From Raillietiella orientalis (lineage: Eukaryota): 64,000 nucleotides of DNA. Position 1 is the first letter of the stretch. Every line of letters begins with the position of its first letter. Below are positions 45,601 to 58,999 of this stretch, piece by piece. Both the position numbers and the translations under genes were made by a program. Where the stretch lies: contig JAYWIR010000018.1 in the NCBI GenBank assembly GCA_036172245.1, positions 806,001-870,000 on the forward strand, read 5' to 3'. The notes below the pieces were generated by a model. The model was not told where the DNA came from. It ran no database searches and saw nothing but the letters and a program-made list of their open reading frames with translations.

Positions 45601-48600
45601 CGGAGCACCGGCAAGCGGCCGGCTGCTGGCAGCTGGAGCCTCGAGGAGCCCACCGTTTCAAGCTCGGAGGCAGCGTCTTTCCTGCGCGATGCGACCTCTG
45701 GTTAGTCTCGGCAGCGACGCCTTCAGCTGCGCCGACCGCGTTCGTGCCGAGGAACGGGATCGCTCATCTCGACCGCAGTAACGGGGAGACTCCTGTCCAC
45801 CTGCCGGTTGCCTCTCGTATGCGACCTCCTGCCCGGAAAAGTAGCGGGCGGATCTACTTGAAGTGGGGTCTGGCCGTCGTCTTCGGGGGCGGTTCCGCTT
45901 CTGCAGTTCGGGATGAACGGCATGCATGCATCCTCGGGTTGCTCTGTTGCTCTTCCTCGCGTTTCTTCCCGATCCGAAGCGGAGTCTCGCCACCCTCGTC
46001 GTCTGCAGCCCCTGATGGTTGGTTCTCTTTGGTCGCTTGGTGCGAGAGTGAGTGAGCGGCGTCCTGATCCCAGAAAGCTGTCCTCCGGTCAGGTCAGAAT
46101 GTACCTCGCAGCTGCCGAAACGCGGTTGCCGTGAAACCGACTCGGTGGTTAACCCGCGTCGTCGTCTGGCAACGAAAATGCCCCGGACGAAGGTGGTTCA
46201 GCTGGATTTCCGTGTGGAGGGCACTTGGCTGCAGTGGATGCATCCGTCGTGGTGCAGTCCAGGCGTAACGCTCGGGGAGGCCGATGGTGCTCTTCCTGCT
46301 CTTTTTTCTGCAGACCGTTCGCTGCTTCTGCCTCATTCAGTCGTACTGGATGGCACCCGCTGTCCGGAGGGCGTGTGAGGTGCCGGTTCGTTCATCGACG
46401 AGTGCAGGACCCCTGCTTGTAAAGTTAGCTTCCAATTAGGATGGAGAGAGTAAGAGGAGGTGAATGAAGAGTCTCTGTCCAGACTGCCTCGCTCCGAGGC
46501 TGCTGTCCCGCACTTGGGGAACGTGGAGTAGGCGCGCGCTCATCCAGCAGCCGAAAGGTAGCTGGGGCCCCCCTGCTGACCCCTACGGCTTCTCTGCAGT
46601 GGTCGGTGCCTCGCCTTATTACGGACTAGCAAGGATGCGAGATGGTGTCTCCACATTCCCGCTCTCTTTCCGGCCCGGGCGAAGGGCTTCCCAGTATCCC
46701 CGCAGAGATGCGTGGGGCTGTTGCTTATGGCTCTCTTCTGGCTCTAGATCGCTCCAGATGTCAGATGGCGCGTGAGACAGCCCTCCTATTGGCTCATCAG
46801 GTCATCTCGGCTCGTTTCCTCTACAGGCCGCAGCTTCCCCCCATCTTGGGAACGAGGCGCCGGCAACGGAGTACCAGCAGGTGAAAGCCGCTTCGTGTCT
46901 TCGACACGAGGACACGAAGAGGAGCGTTCGGCGTCGCCCGCGCGTGCGCCGCCCTGGTGGGTCTCGCTGGGCTGCCTCAAGAACAGAATTCCGCGGTTCC
47001 TCCCTTCATCCCCCCCCCCCCCCCTCCCAGCGGCAACTCTCGGATCAGGCCAGCAGGTTGAGAGGGCGGGTTGCTGTGCTGGGCAGGCTTGGGAAACTTG
47101 ACGGTAAGGGTGTGTTGGGGTGATGGGCGACGAGATGGGGTTTCCAGGTAAAGACGCGCTCGGGTAGGGTCGCCCCGCACGTCTCGGGTTCCGCTCCCAG
47201 GACACACAGGAGCGGCACCCCGGGGGAGATCCTCTTCCCTTTCCCTTTTCCCAGTTCCGCGGCGGGCCGCTCGTGCCGTACCTCCGACGCCTCGTGTGCC
47301 ACGAGGAAGCGCGAAGCGTGCCTGCGTTTCCGAACCAGCCGGCCCATTCGCTCGCCTTCTGGGCGTGGCAGTGGACCCACCTCCACTTCCTGCCTGCCAT
47401 TCGAGCAATGCTTATCTGTATCTCTCTCTCGCGTGAGATAAGCTCCGAGCGGTGATCTCGAGATCTGCATTCCTTCGCTCTTTGGGCTTGCCTCCGTCTC
47501 GTCAGCTCCTTCCGTTCCCATGGCCGCCCTCTCGTCACCTCCCTCCCGTCTTTCCTTCCCGCTGATCTCATCGGGCTCTGTGTGTTACAAAGGTTCTTCC
47601 GCCTGGAGCACTACGGAGGCGACGAAGCCACTCGCCGGCAAACTCGTCGCCGCTCCTTCGCTTCCTCCGGGGCGCAAAGATCTCCTCCACCCTCTTATCC
47701 GGGCTTCCGAGGTCCTTCGTTCCTGGGTAGCGGCACTCTTCTTGCCTTGCCTGTCTGCGGGAGGCCTTTCCATCCTATCCGACTTTTCCGAATCGCGTCC
47801 GCGCTCATCCGTGGGGTGACACCTCGGTTGGACGGTGGTGCATCCGAGACGATTCAAAGGAAGTCTGCATCGGGTCTCCAGGGAGAGGGGGAGGGGAAGC
47901 AGCGAATTCCACCTCGTCGCTTGTCTTTCCCCTGAGTGGAGCGCCTTTAGCTGTTGCCAGTTCCCTTATCCTCAGCAACCCCCCTATTGCCAGCGACTTG
48001 AGGTGCACCCGAGAGTCTCGTTCCCGTCTTATTTATGGCGCTACTTCCGAGCACGCATAGCGATCTCCACGCAGCAGCCGACATTTCGTCCGGCTGGGTC
48101 TCCTTCGAGCAGACAGCACCCCCTTCCCTTATTTTTCAACTCCGAATTAGGACTCCCGCTAATGTACCCTAATTCGGCAGGGCTCAATCCATGAGCTGGG
48201 ATGCATGTCTGAATTCATCTTCCGAAGGTGTAATTATGAATGCTGCATCAAGATGGCTCCCGGGATGATACAAAAGCGAGTGACGAAACCATGAGTAATT
48301 AAACGTGTCCGTGTTTGTGTGGACGGCTATTTTCAATTCGATTCGGTTAAAATTGCTCACATGATTTTGTGCATGTATTGAATTAGGTACGTGGAATGAA
48401 TACATTCGATGAAGGATGATTGATCGAGTGCGTTCATGTTATATTCATGACTATTTTCCATTCGATCTACTCAACCCTCCTTATACAAATTTGCATGTAC
48501 GGAATGAGTGCACGTGAAGCTGGACTGGCACCACGGCTAAAAATAGAGTTCGGAATTACTTTCTTCACCTTCCACGAATCCTTGATTGATTCGACATTTC

Positions 48601-51600
48601 GCCACTGCGGTCGGAAAATAGCTCACCAGGCCACCTGAAATTCCGCATCCGCTGAATGTTCCTTCCCGTGGTTTTGCTGGGCGGGCCGTTGAGACTGCAG
48701 GCATGGGATGTGAGAGGCGCGCTCTACCGGAACCGCGCAAGACGTACGTCGAGAGAATGCGTGGGTGCCTCTATCTGAGGTGTTCGCACGACTGGATCAC
48801 CTCATTTCGCGTCCGGGTTCCCAGGGAGCCACCGGACCTGATCCAAGGCAAGAATTGCCACACCTGAGTCCAAGGCTTCCTGGACTGCAGCCTCCGGCCT
48901 TTCCCAGACGACTTTGCCCCCTCCGCGCCCTCTTCGACGTGCGAGGCGGCTCCTCACGCGTTCACGGATCTTCTCGTCCGGGATCTCCGCCTCCTGAGAC
49001 AATCGAACGACGACTCTCATTGCTCCCTGATGAGGATGGAATCCGAAATTTACTCGGCCTGATGTCGTGAAGCTCCTTTCGTTCGACGGAGATAGATCTT
49101 GACCGTTCTGGACACCTTCGGTTCCAATCCCTGCCTCCGCCGCGGAGGCAGAGGACGCGACACACAAAGGCGACTTTCAATTTCTCGGGGAAATTTGGGG
49201 CAGCTGCGAAGCTACCCAACTGCTACTGCCGGACGAAGCGATAATTATCTTCCTGTCAGCTCGCGACGTCGATGCGGGACTGTCACGTGTTCCGATCTAC
49301 AACCCACTGCATCACATCAATGAATGGAATGAGCGATGGGGGCGTTGGACCCGAAGGAAAGCCGAGTTCGCCGCCTCTCTCAAAGCACGCCCGTGGCTCG
49401 CTTTGTCGCGTTGCAGGGAGAGAGCGGGAATACTGTAGTATTCCACGAAGTCCGATGATTGGACGGCACGGCACTCAGCGTTGTTTCGGAAAGAAGATGG
49501 GGGGTGGGGGTGACGCAGCAATCCATCATTCGCGGCCGCGGCCGCTCGAAGATTGCGCTTCTCCGGAAAGAGCGCGGGGGATAACCCGGCAGCTGGGGAT
49601 TCGAAAGGAGGAAGATTCCAGCTGACCATCGATCACCATTCTTGCGGGAAGGGGAGGAGGGTGCGTGGAGGAGGGGGCGTTCCGGAAGCGGAGCGGATCC
49701 GCTTCGCGACGTCTTCGCAGGAAGCCGGAACGCGAAAGAGGCGAAGGCAAAGAGGAGGAGCCGGAAGCTGCGGCCAGGTCTCTCGGACCATTTCCGGTGA
49801 TAGCGCAGACACGCCCGTCGACTCTCGAGCGTCGAAGAAGGGCTGCTGGAATTCCAGCGGGGGCGGGAGGGGACAGGAAACCGCCGGGATCCGGAAACAA
49901 CGGGGACCTTCCGCGTGCTCCCGAACCTGCCCTACTTCCTCGTCCGCGGTGGAGGAGGCACCATCACGGCGCGGCCGCATCCAGGACGGCAGAAAGGGGA
50001 GGGGGTAGGAGGAGGCTGGAGTTTCTCCCGACGACGCTCCTCCTTCCTGCGGTGCTCCCGAGCTCTCATCCTTGACGCCGCTCTTCGGATCCGCACGTTG
50101 CTACGGGACACCTTCCGTTCCTGCTGCAGTTGTGCCGCAGCAGACGGGAACTGGTCGCGGGGACTTTTCCGAAAAGTGGGGGCTCGGGATGGCAGGCAGA
50201 CACCTCCTTTCGCCTTTTTGCCCCGTTTGCCCCACCATGTGACCAGCCGGTCCTCTTCAAAAGAAAAAAAAAAGGTCCACAGCATTTGACTCCGGACTTC
50301 CCTTCAAGTGGTCACCTGATAGAGGAGCATCCTCTGGGATCCCCCTCCTCTCCATCTGCAATGTGGACCCCCCTTCTTCCTCGAATCCTCTTCCTTAGTA
50401 AGCCTGGAGATTGTCCGCCACGCTTCGCTGTCCAGTCGGGCCATCACCCGATCCTCTTCTTCGGATTCCCTTTCCCAGGGTGGCCTTTCCCGTAACTGCG
50501 GAATCGAAAATATCCCAGTCGCCTGTGGGCGGCGGAGTTTTCAACGACTCTGCGATTCTCGTGTGATGATCCGCGGAAGGGAGGGGAGGAAGGGAGGAGT
50601 ACTTCTGGTCCATTCTCGCCTCCTCGGCAGTTCACTGCAGCCACGTTCTGAACCGCACCCGCATCTACGAACGAAAGTCTCCTTCCTCCTCCTCCGCGAT
50701 GGTTCCCTGGATCTCCTCTGGCCGGGGTTCGCGGTCGCCTAGCAACTGATTCCTACTGCTAGCTAGGGTGCGCGGTCGAGGATCCTCGGAAGGTGAGGTG
50801 AGCCATCTTTCCAGTGTCCCTCGGTTTTGAGTCCCTTTTCCAGCGACGCGGGACTCGCTTGTTTTTCTTCCACGCAGCAGGATGCTGCCATGCGACCGGA
50901 CGACGATCGGTCCGTTGCGAAGCAACCAAGGCAAAAGCTGAGCTGTTCCTGCCCATTCGCTTCAGTGGAAGTGGCTGGAAGCTGCTCGTCTGCATGGAAC
51001 GGATTCGTGGCTATGCGGTTCCGGGAGCCACTTTCTCAGCACTCGGGACTCCCAGGAGATCACCCGCCCAAGTACTGAACGGGCCCGATGCTGCTTGACT
51101 TCGCCGATAGAACGAGGGGCGGCGCTTTCAGAGTGACATGGCCGTCACCTCCAGAGGTCACTTGACGGACGACTCCGGCGTTCCGTGTCTGATAGGAAGA
51201 GGAAGCCGACCGGACAACGATGCGCTCCGTCCTGAAGAAGCACCCCAAGCCGCCCGGCACCGCCCCACGGCTTGCCACTGCAGCCACCACTAAGACGCTG
51301 CCGCTGAAGAAGTGTCGTGAGACGCGTCCACGGCGCCCCCGCTCCCATGGTCCCGCACCCCCAGTTCACATGTTTTTTTTTCTTTTCCGAGGGCCTTTTC
51401 CCTTCCTCCATACCCTCCGATCATCAGGGATAGGAGAACCCCGAAGGGAGAGAAGTGGACGCGGCGAAGAGATGAATTTCATGCTTGTCCTACTCCCTTC
51501 CCGCATGGGATCCGGGATGTTCCCACCGGCTGACACTAGGCAGCTCCCCCTCGACGATCCCGCTGGAATAATTGCGGATTTTCAGTTCAAAATTCCATCC

Positions 51601-52459
51601 TGGAGGACGTGATGGACGTAGCAACAGTTGCCCGATGGGCGGAGCCTGAGAACGACGGAAAGGTCGCGTGGTTGCCTGCTCGCAATCTGCAGCGGTGATG
51701 CCATCTGCGAAGCGGTCCACTTGCGGGGAGGCAATCTGTCTCAGATGCCGAGCTCCGAAAGAAAGCTCCCATCAGCTCTTCAAATGGCCATCTGCGCCGT
51801 CCGGTCGGGGGGCTGCCAGTCAGCTCTGCGCCGCGCGCTACTGTGTGTTCGTCAGGGCGATTTCCGGGGAAGAGAGGGGGTGGGGGGGAGGGGGAGGTCG
51901 ATCAGATCGGCCACCCTTTGCTCGGGTGATGCCAAACCTCATGGTCGCACGCCCAGCTACGACGCCATCGATGCCGACATGGCGGGTTGATCCTCGATCC
52001 GAGGACTTCCCGCAGCGACCTCGGATCCGAAGCGAATCCACATTTGGCAGGAAGGAGAAGAGAGAGAGAGAGGCTGACTGGATTCCGCTGATCCTCCTCA
52101 CGACCAGCGATTCATGCTCTTTGTGGGAGGAACCATAGAGACGTCAGCTTGCCCGAATGGTTCCCTCCAAGATTCACTTCGCAAATGTACCTGCAGCCTT
52201 TCGTTTGGCTATCCGACGTGGATGTCGCTGTCAGTGGGCCGGCGTCCAGAAACAATGATGGACAAACCATCTTTTTTATTACAAACCACGGCGGAGCGCC
52301 TGCTCCGTTCCCCCCTAAGCTGACCTCCGGAACCTTCCCCGAGCACGACTGCATCCTGTTTTTCGTTTTCCCCTGCTTGCTCTTCGGCGATCTCACTCGA
52401 AGTTGTCTCTGCTTCATGGTTGAGGGGCAGATAGGAGCCGGACACCTCGGACGATAGCT

Positions 52460-53333
52460 AGCTGCAAGATCACCTGGGAGGAGCTCTGGAGTGCAAGTCC
52501 TCCAGGTTTGCATGCTGAACGCATGCCTCCCTCACCGAACCAGAGGTGACGGTGGACAACTTGGACTCGGTCACGACCCCGAGTGCCCCAACAAACGGAC
52601 TTCTGCGCTTACTACGAATTCCTCCGGAGGAGGTACAGTGGTCCCCAGCGTGTTGGGACAGTGCTACTTTCCTTTTGAAATGGTAGGAGTCGGCGACCCA
52701 CTGTTGCATAGAGGCCTCCCGTGTAACACCCGCCGGAACCATTGGACCGGGGGAGTGTAAGTCCGAACTGCGGCAGGTGAGCAGAGAGTCCCTCCCGCAC
52801 CTGCTCATGGAATGTGTTGCCCTCCGTCCCATGTGGGAACGCTTCACCGCGTCCATGAGCATCCCTGAGGACAACCCCAGAGACGTTTTAAAGCGCCTAT
52901 TCTCGCGCGACGCCCTCACGCCGGCCGCATCCCTAGCAGCACTTTGCTGCCTACGCGGGATCGTGGCTGCATGGAGCAGCAACATCAGAGGAGATAGGAC
53001 CAGGACGACAAGGGTGCTGCCCTCTTCATGAGGACATCGTCAAGATGGTCTCATCTGGGAGTCTTGAAACAGGAACTGGCCGGCATCCTTACAAGGAGGC
53101 AGAGGACACTCTTTAGCACACAGTGATCCCTTGCGGAACCCCTCCATTTTTTGACTGTATGCTTTTTGTTTTTTTCCTCTTCCCCTGTGCTGCCGAGGCG
53201 AAACTTGCTGGCTTACGTGCCAGTTCCCGGCAGGTTCCTTCCATATATCCGTGTAAGGTGGCAGGACCAAGCGTTCTGCCACTGTATGTTAATTTTTTAT
53301 ATAAATAAACGGCCCGGCTCAACGGTGTCAACC
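52460..53333 (+). mobile_element. 5'-truncated family B LINE (copy B4)
   Basis: LLHRGLPCNTRRNHWTGGV, RESLPHLLMECVALRPMW, RDVLKRLF...LAALCCLRGIV, VLKQELAGILT. UTR shared with 1190-1290. Terminus AATAAA-cggcccggctcaacgg. Confidence 0.88.
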
Positions 53334-53349
53334 GAACCAGAGGAGACCT

Positions 53350-56300
53350 GGAGGCGTCTTGTAGGCATTAGAAAGGACCGCCTGGAGTACTGTCCGATAG
53401 CCTCTCGTTTTAAGCGGAATATCACCTAGCAGCAGGAGATCTCTCCAGTAGTTGCCCTTTTGTCTCCTGGTGGCGAAGTGTGGTCTCATGGCGAGGACCG
53501 AAAGAACTTGCTCCCTGACTTCTCCAACTCGACCTGTTCGGCTGGATGACTCTCGTAACCCTGATTCGCCCACGGTGAAACTTTAAAGATGACTCAGCCA
53601 TTTCCTTTAGTTGTTCCTCTGGGTTCCAGTAATGCCTTCCATGGAAGAGTTACCTCGCTTCATCGAAAGATGTGGGAGTTCCTGATGATTAAGTAAGCGT
53701 GTTTCCTAGAACATGACGGACGCCGTTGACCTGGAAGAGGAACGGCATCACGATGCTTCAGAAAGGCACAAAAAAGTTATTTTCCAGAAAGGGAAAGTAT
53801 TCTGGTAAACTGTTCCCGAACTAAGCGACTCTTCCAAGAGATCGAAGGACTCGGAAAGAATTTAATGGATCCCAGGATCTCAGCAACCGACCTTCGCCCT
53901 GTGAGTTCGTTCTTGAGAGGAAATGTCGATGCTCGACAAGTGTTCCATTTACTGCTTTTGCCCGCGGCAATCATCGGCACCATCATTTCTTTTGCAACGC
54001 GGAGCTTCCAGAAAGTTCCAAACTTTTGCAGAGGTTCAGTCGAACGGCTTCTCTGGAAATGTCGAAGCCTGGAAAAGGGACGGCAGCTTGGAAGCCTAGG
54101 GTCCAGCGCAGCTGCCCAGGGTTGCAACCCCAATCCGCATCGCTCCTGAAGCTGCGTGTTTGTTGGGATGCCGATCAGAGGTTTGCCTTCTTTCGAAGTT
54201 CAAGCCTCAAAGCCAATTTCCGGAGTACCCACCACTCAGGAAGAGCTTCCAAGAGTGACTTCTGCATCGCACCTGTGAGGGGACTGTAGCGAATGGCTTC
54301 AGCTGAGGAGGTCCGCTTCCCTTCTGCCCAAGGGCACGCTCTCCAGCGGGCTGCCTTTCTGCTCTTCCCCGCGTGGTGCACCCAAACGAAGCATCGCCGC
54401 TGATGACGGCACCTCCCCAGCACGCATCCTCTTGGAAAGCACCAGAAAAACGTCGGGCGAATGCTGGCGGAAGATAGAATGAGCGAAAGAGGTGAAGGCC
54501 CACTGGGGAAGATCGAGAGGAGTCGCCCGAGGCATCTTCGTCTTGCGTGCACAAATGGGTAGAATGGCGGTGGGTATGCAACCGCAACCTAGGAGCGGAC
54601 TCCTTCGAAGAAGATGGAGATTCGTTTGCGAGACGTGTTTCTAAGGAAGCCTCCTTTGCTTTACTCACACAGTTCCCACAGAAACTCTTTTACTCGTTCC
54701 TGGAAACAGATCTGCAGAGCAGGCGGATTCCATAGTCGCAGCGGTTTCCAAAGTGAGCTCTAACAAAAAACAGGATGCGATTGTGAAAGGCTCCGGAGGT
54801 CAGCAGCAGAGGAGAGAGCAGATGTTCTCCGATCCGAAGCGTTCTCCAGTCTGCCTCTGAGCCGAGCTGGAGGGACCTCCTCGATTTTTCTCCAGTGAGC
54901 GGCTTCCCTCTGGGATCGTCGGCTGTTCTGGTTCATCCTCCAGGGCGAGTCACGCAGACTAACGAACTGAGGAGAGGACTTGATTCTCAAGATAGGCTTC
55001 TTCGAGAAAAGGCAGGCTATCGGTGCATGCAGCAGCCTCCAGTTTGCGTGTCCAGGAAGGGCTCCGATATCCGAAGGACTTCACAAAAGGAGACGGGTGG
55101 GTGAAGTGGCGCCTAAGATCTTTGGCATCGTCCCACGATCGGTTCTTCCTGAGAAGACCTGCCACTGAACGGAAACGACTCAGGTCTAGAAAAGAGACTT
55201 CAGCCCTTTCACTCCCTCAGCCAAGCACGCAGGCCTCCAGACGCAGAAGCAAGATTCTCAGGGGCAGACATGCACATGGTCATGGGCGCGCACTTCACCC
55301 TCTTTCGGTAACTCTCAAATCAGTTGAGGGCATCTGGTGGACCCATTGTAATGTGATGACTCATCGCGGGGACTCCCACTCGTCTGTTCCTTCCTTCTTC
55401 CGCGTAGACGCCATTTGTGAGCTGAACAGGGAAGTCCATGAGCGCTCCTGCGTGTGAGCAGCAAGGCTGTTTGCTTGCCTCCTCGCAGCGTCCTCGAGAG
55501 GACGCAGCTGCAGCGGAAGGAGAGAACTCCGTTCGCACCCGCAGGCTGACCGCTTTTGGAGGAACTTCTGACTTCTTTGGACGAAGTTTCTCCATCTCCT
55601 TCATCTTCCCCTGCTATCGCTCAGCGACAATCTCGGAGCTCCAGCAGTCGGATGTCAGGTTAGCATTATCCATCCTTTCAGCCTGCTTTGAGCTGCGTTG
55701 CCATCTGAAAAGATCTCGATCTCGATCTTTTCAGGAAGGTCGCAGCTAGTCCAGTTCTTTCTCCTCCCCTTCTTCGGGAGGTAGAACTCGGAAACACAGC
55801 TCTAACAGTATTGCAGCATCCCGCTCGCGTGTGCGAGAAGGATCTCGCCGCAGATAAAATGCTCGCCATTGCCACCTCCCCCTTTTCTTCTTCTTCCCCC
55901 GTGCGCAGCTTTCGATTTCCTTGAGAGATTTTTTTCATCACTCCTTCTTCGGTCGCGCGGGAGGCGAGGACGAGGGAAGGAAGGGACAAGGCCACCCTGT
56001 TGGTCGCCTCATCGGAGGGAGGAAAATGGGGATGCTGCCTCGGGACACGGAGATGCTGCATGTCCGTGTCTCGAGGCCAGCATCGAGCTGAGCATCTCGA
56101 GATCTTTCTGATGTGGTGTCCGGGATCTGAGTCTCATCAAGTGACTTGGAAAAAGGAAGGAGAGGGGATTCAAAAAGGGGAAGCAATTCTACAACTTCCT
56201 GCTGGTACGGACAAGGACGCCAGGTAAGTCCTATGCACACGCTTGCCTCGGGACTGGCCAAGGCCCCAGAGTACTGAACAGCACTCAGGCCCATGACTTT

Positions 56301-56900
56301 CTTGCGCCCACCATCCGACGCTCTCCGGTGTCATCTCGGAGTTTGCAGGAGCCAGTGGAGAGAGCCGGTTTGGCGTCTGCGTTCCATGGGGCCGCCGGCA
56401 GACCTCCATCTTCCCGCTGGTGCAACAGAGTCTCCCATGGGAAGGAAAACTCCTCCACGCCTCCGTGGGGGGGAGAGCCCCAGGAAAAGTGAGCGCAATG
56501 GGGAGCTGCGAAAACTCCTCCTCACTTGCCAAAAATGCGCCAGAGGGTCTCGCGGGCTCTAGAGGAAGTCACACTTTCCTCAGAGCTGTGGAAGAGTAAG
56601 ATGACCACCCCTCCCGAGGAGCGCGACTGTGGTCACGAGGCAGGCCTGACCGGCACCAAGAGAAGCGTGAGGAAGGTTGTAACCTTCCTCACGCTTTTCT
56701 TGATGCACTTCGGTTAAGAGCATGGTCCTCATCCTCCGGGAAGAGGTTCCCTGATCTCTCACCTACCTGATAGGAGGGAAAGGATGAGGATAGGACCATG
56801 GGATTTCGGCGTGCAGACTCCTGCAGACCATCGGCAAAAGACCACCAACATTGGCGGCGGTGGTGGCAGCAGTGTTCTCAGGCCATCAGTTAGGAGGAGG
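53350..56900 (-). mobile_element. Old, heavily eroded L1/Tx1-type element (traces of ORF1, APE and RT)
   Basis: In the expected order: ETLWRIFGK*GGV (about 56515-56555; cf. KTIWQFFSQYGEV in element A ORF1), knuckle-like traces at about 56240-56290, HVCP*E and VAGLLRKN (APE-like, 55140-55280), EKPFD (about 54040-54055). Confidence 0.5.
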
Positions 56901-58049
56901 AGGGAGGAGGCGGTGTGATACCAGCTTCCGATCCGGGACTCAGCACGGCCCTATTCGGGAATCCCTTCGTGCATCCCGCGCTTCATCCAGTAGATGAAGT
57001 CCTTTCCTGAGGAACCGGACACAAAAGGAGACTTACGGGACGCTATGAGACGCCGAATCAGTGGAGGTGGATGAGAGGAGGAGGAGAGGAACGGGAGACC
57101 AAGGGTGCCCAACCGACTGAAAAGTGCTCCTCCTCCGTCCCCACCCCAAAGAGGGGGGAGGAGAGAAAAAAGAATTCTTCGGTTCTTCAGAAACTCCACA
57201 GTGTCCTCTTCCGGGGGTCGTGGGCAAAACCATGCGGATCCTCCGTTCGGGGTGCCATCACTCCGCTGGGTGCTGCGGAGGTTGCCAAATCCTCTTCTGC
57301 ACTCTTGCTATGCGTGCAGCAGCAGTGGTGGCGGTAGCTATCCACCCGAGGACGCTGGCAAAGACCAAGTAGGGAGCCAGCGAGGGTGAGGAGAGTCATG
57401 CTCTCCATCCGAGAGGAGAGAGAGGAGGAAAGCTTCGTCTGGACCGGCAAGAGATCCGACTCCCTTCCTTCCGCCTCCGAGATGCACAGGAGGAAGGAGA
57501 AAGAAGGAAGGGGAGGGAATCTCTAGAAAGGCCTCATTGCCGTCCAACAACGAATCTCCCTCAAGGGTCATGTCCCTCCCTGCGGCGTTTCCAGGGAGTC
57601 GCCATCCTGCTGAAGGGGAGGAGGAGGGGTAGTGAACTGTGCTTGAAGAAGATGAATGGAACAAACTGGGGTTGGTGGGGTTAGGGGTGGATTCCACCCA
57701 CGGAAGGACTGGATCCTAGACTCCTTTGTTCTCCAGGATAGTTCACACAGCGTAGGGTGGCGCTCCTTGCTGCGAGGAGGAAACCTTCCTCGCAGCAGAA
57801 GAGTTCCCTCTAGGGAACAAGCGGGCAGGTCGCTCAGAGGCTGCTCAGGGTTCCCGCCAGGGGTGGTGACCAGAATTTGCTCCCGAAGATGGCCGCCGAG
57901 ACACGAGAGGGAGAGACGGTGACGCCGAGTGGCCTGCGCGCGCTCCGCAGAGAGCACCACCGCCACGAGTACGCTGAGAAAGATCGACCCCTGATGGGCC
58001 TAATGGACCTCAGACTGCGTAGCAGCAACTCGCCGCCCCATCCCTGAGT

Positions 58050-58960
58050 TCCCAAAGAAACCGTGGGGCATGCATACGCTTTCGTCTTTACCCTCGAATC
58101 ACATCATGGCAGCATCTTCTCCACTCCAGCAGCCACACTCTATACCAAAAAGTAGCTACAGCATCCGTTGTTCCCGCACCCGCGCAAATCCTGACCCCAT
58201 CCTCATATCTCTCTCGCTGCCACCAGTGGCCTTCCCTCCCAACGTGCTCAGCACACAAAAAAAGCACTCCATCCTGTCCACAGCCCTCAGTGGATCTGTT
58301 TCCGGAATACATTCGATTTCGTAGTGATCACATGTATCGCTTCAGGAATCCTCGTGCCTGTATCTTCCTCCCGATCATCTTCAGCGGCAGATTGAGTGAC
58401 GATCCAGCTACTATTGTTTCCCTCGAGCAGGGCTGAACCTTCCGTCACAGAGGTGTCAATTCATTCCAGCCTCCTCCTACGGAAATCTGACCTCCAAAGT
58501 TTCGATCTTCCAAATCAAGTAAGAACATCTTCGCATCCTCCCACCTCTTGGATGAAGTGGTTTGTGGCTTCCTCGATTACCGTCGTTCATCCAGTAGTGC
58601 AAGAAGGCAACTCTTTGCTGGTCTGTTTCCTCCTAAACGTAATGACCTTTTTCCCGAACGAGCTGCATTCCAGGTGTGGGTCTTTTTCTCCTGCTCCAAC
58701 CCTTCAGGGTCAGCAATGCGGAGAAAGAACTTTAGCAATCCCTTTACGAGAGGACTGCTTCGACTATGATTTTTGCTTGGATCCAATGGGGAAGACAGGT
58801 CTTCCCTTTCTTGCCTCTTTCTCTTGCGCACCTGCGTTTGCTTCTTTTCCAATCCAGGAGTTCTCCTCCGTAATCTCCTTGGAGAAGCGGTCCTTCTCCA
58901 AGGTCTCCTTCAAGATGATTCTGTCTAAAGAGAGTGAAAATGGTGAGGTGATCTACTGCT
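58050..58960 (-). mobile_element. Degenerate L1-type ORF2 linker fragment
   Basis: VDHLTIF (resembles SDH), DWKRSK, EGCGQDGVLF (resembles K.PGPDG). Confidence 0.4.
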
Positions 58961-58999
58961 GACTTCATACGCAAATATCAGGTTTCCAGTTCACCGTAG

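Noticed and set aside
49027..49048. Hammerhead-ribozyme-like core CTGATGA-ggat-gga-atcc-GAAA
   Set aside because: Stem II is plausible, but I could not build stems I and III with a valid NUH cleavage site on either side.
56217..56229. Second U1-like 13-mer (ACTTACCTGGCGT on the minus strand)
   Set aside because: It lacks the first two U1 bases and the downstream GATC and stem-loop, and lies inside an eroded ORF1 region. Probably chance or a splice-donor-like sequence.
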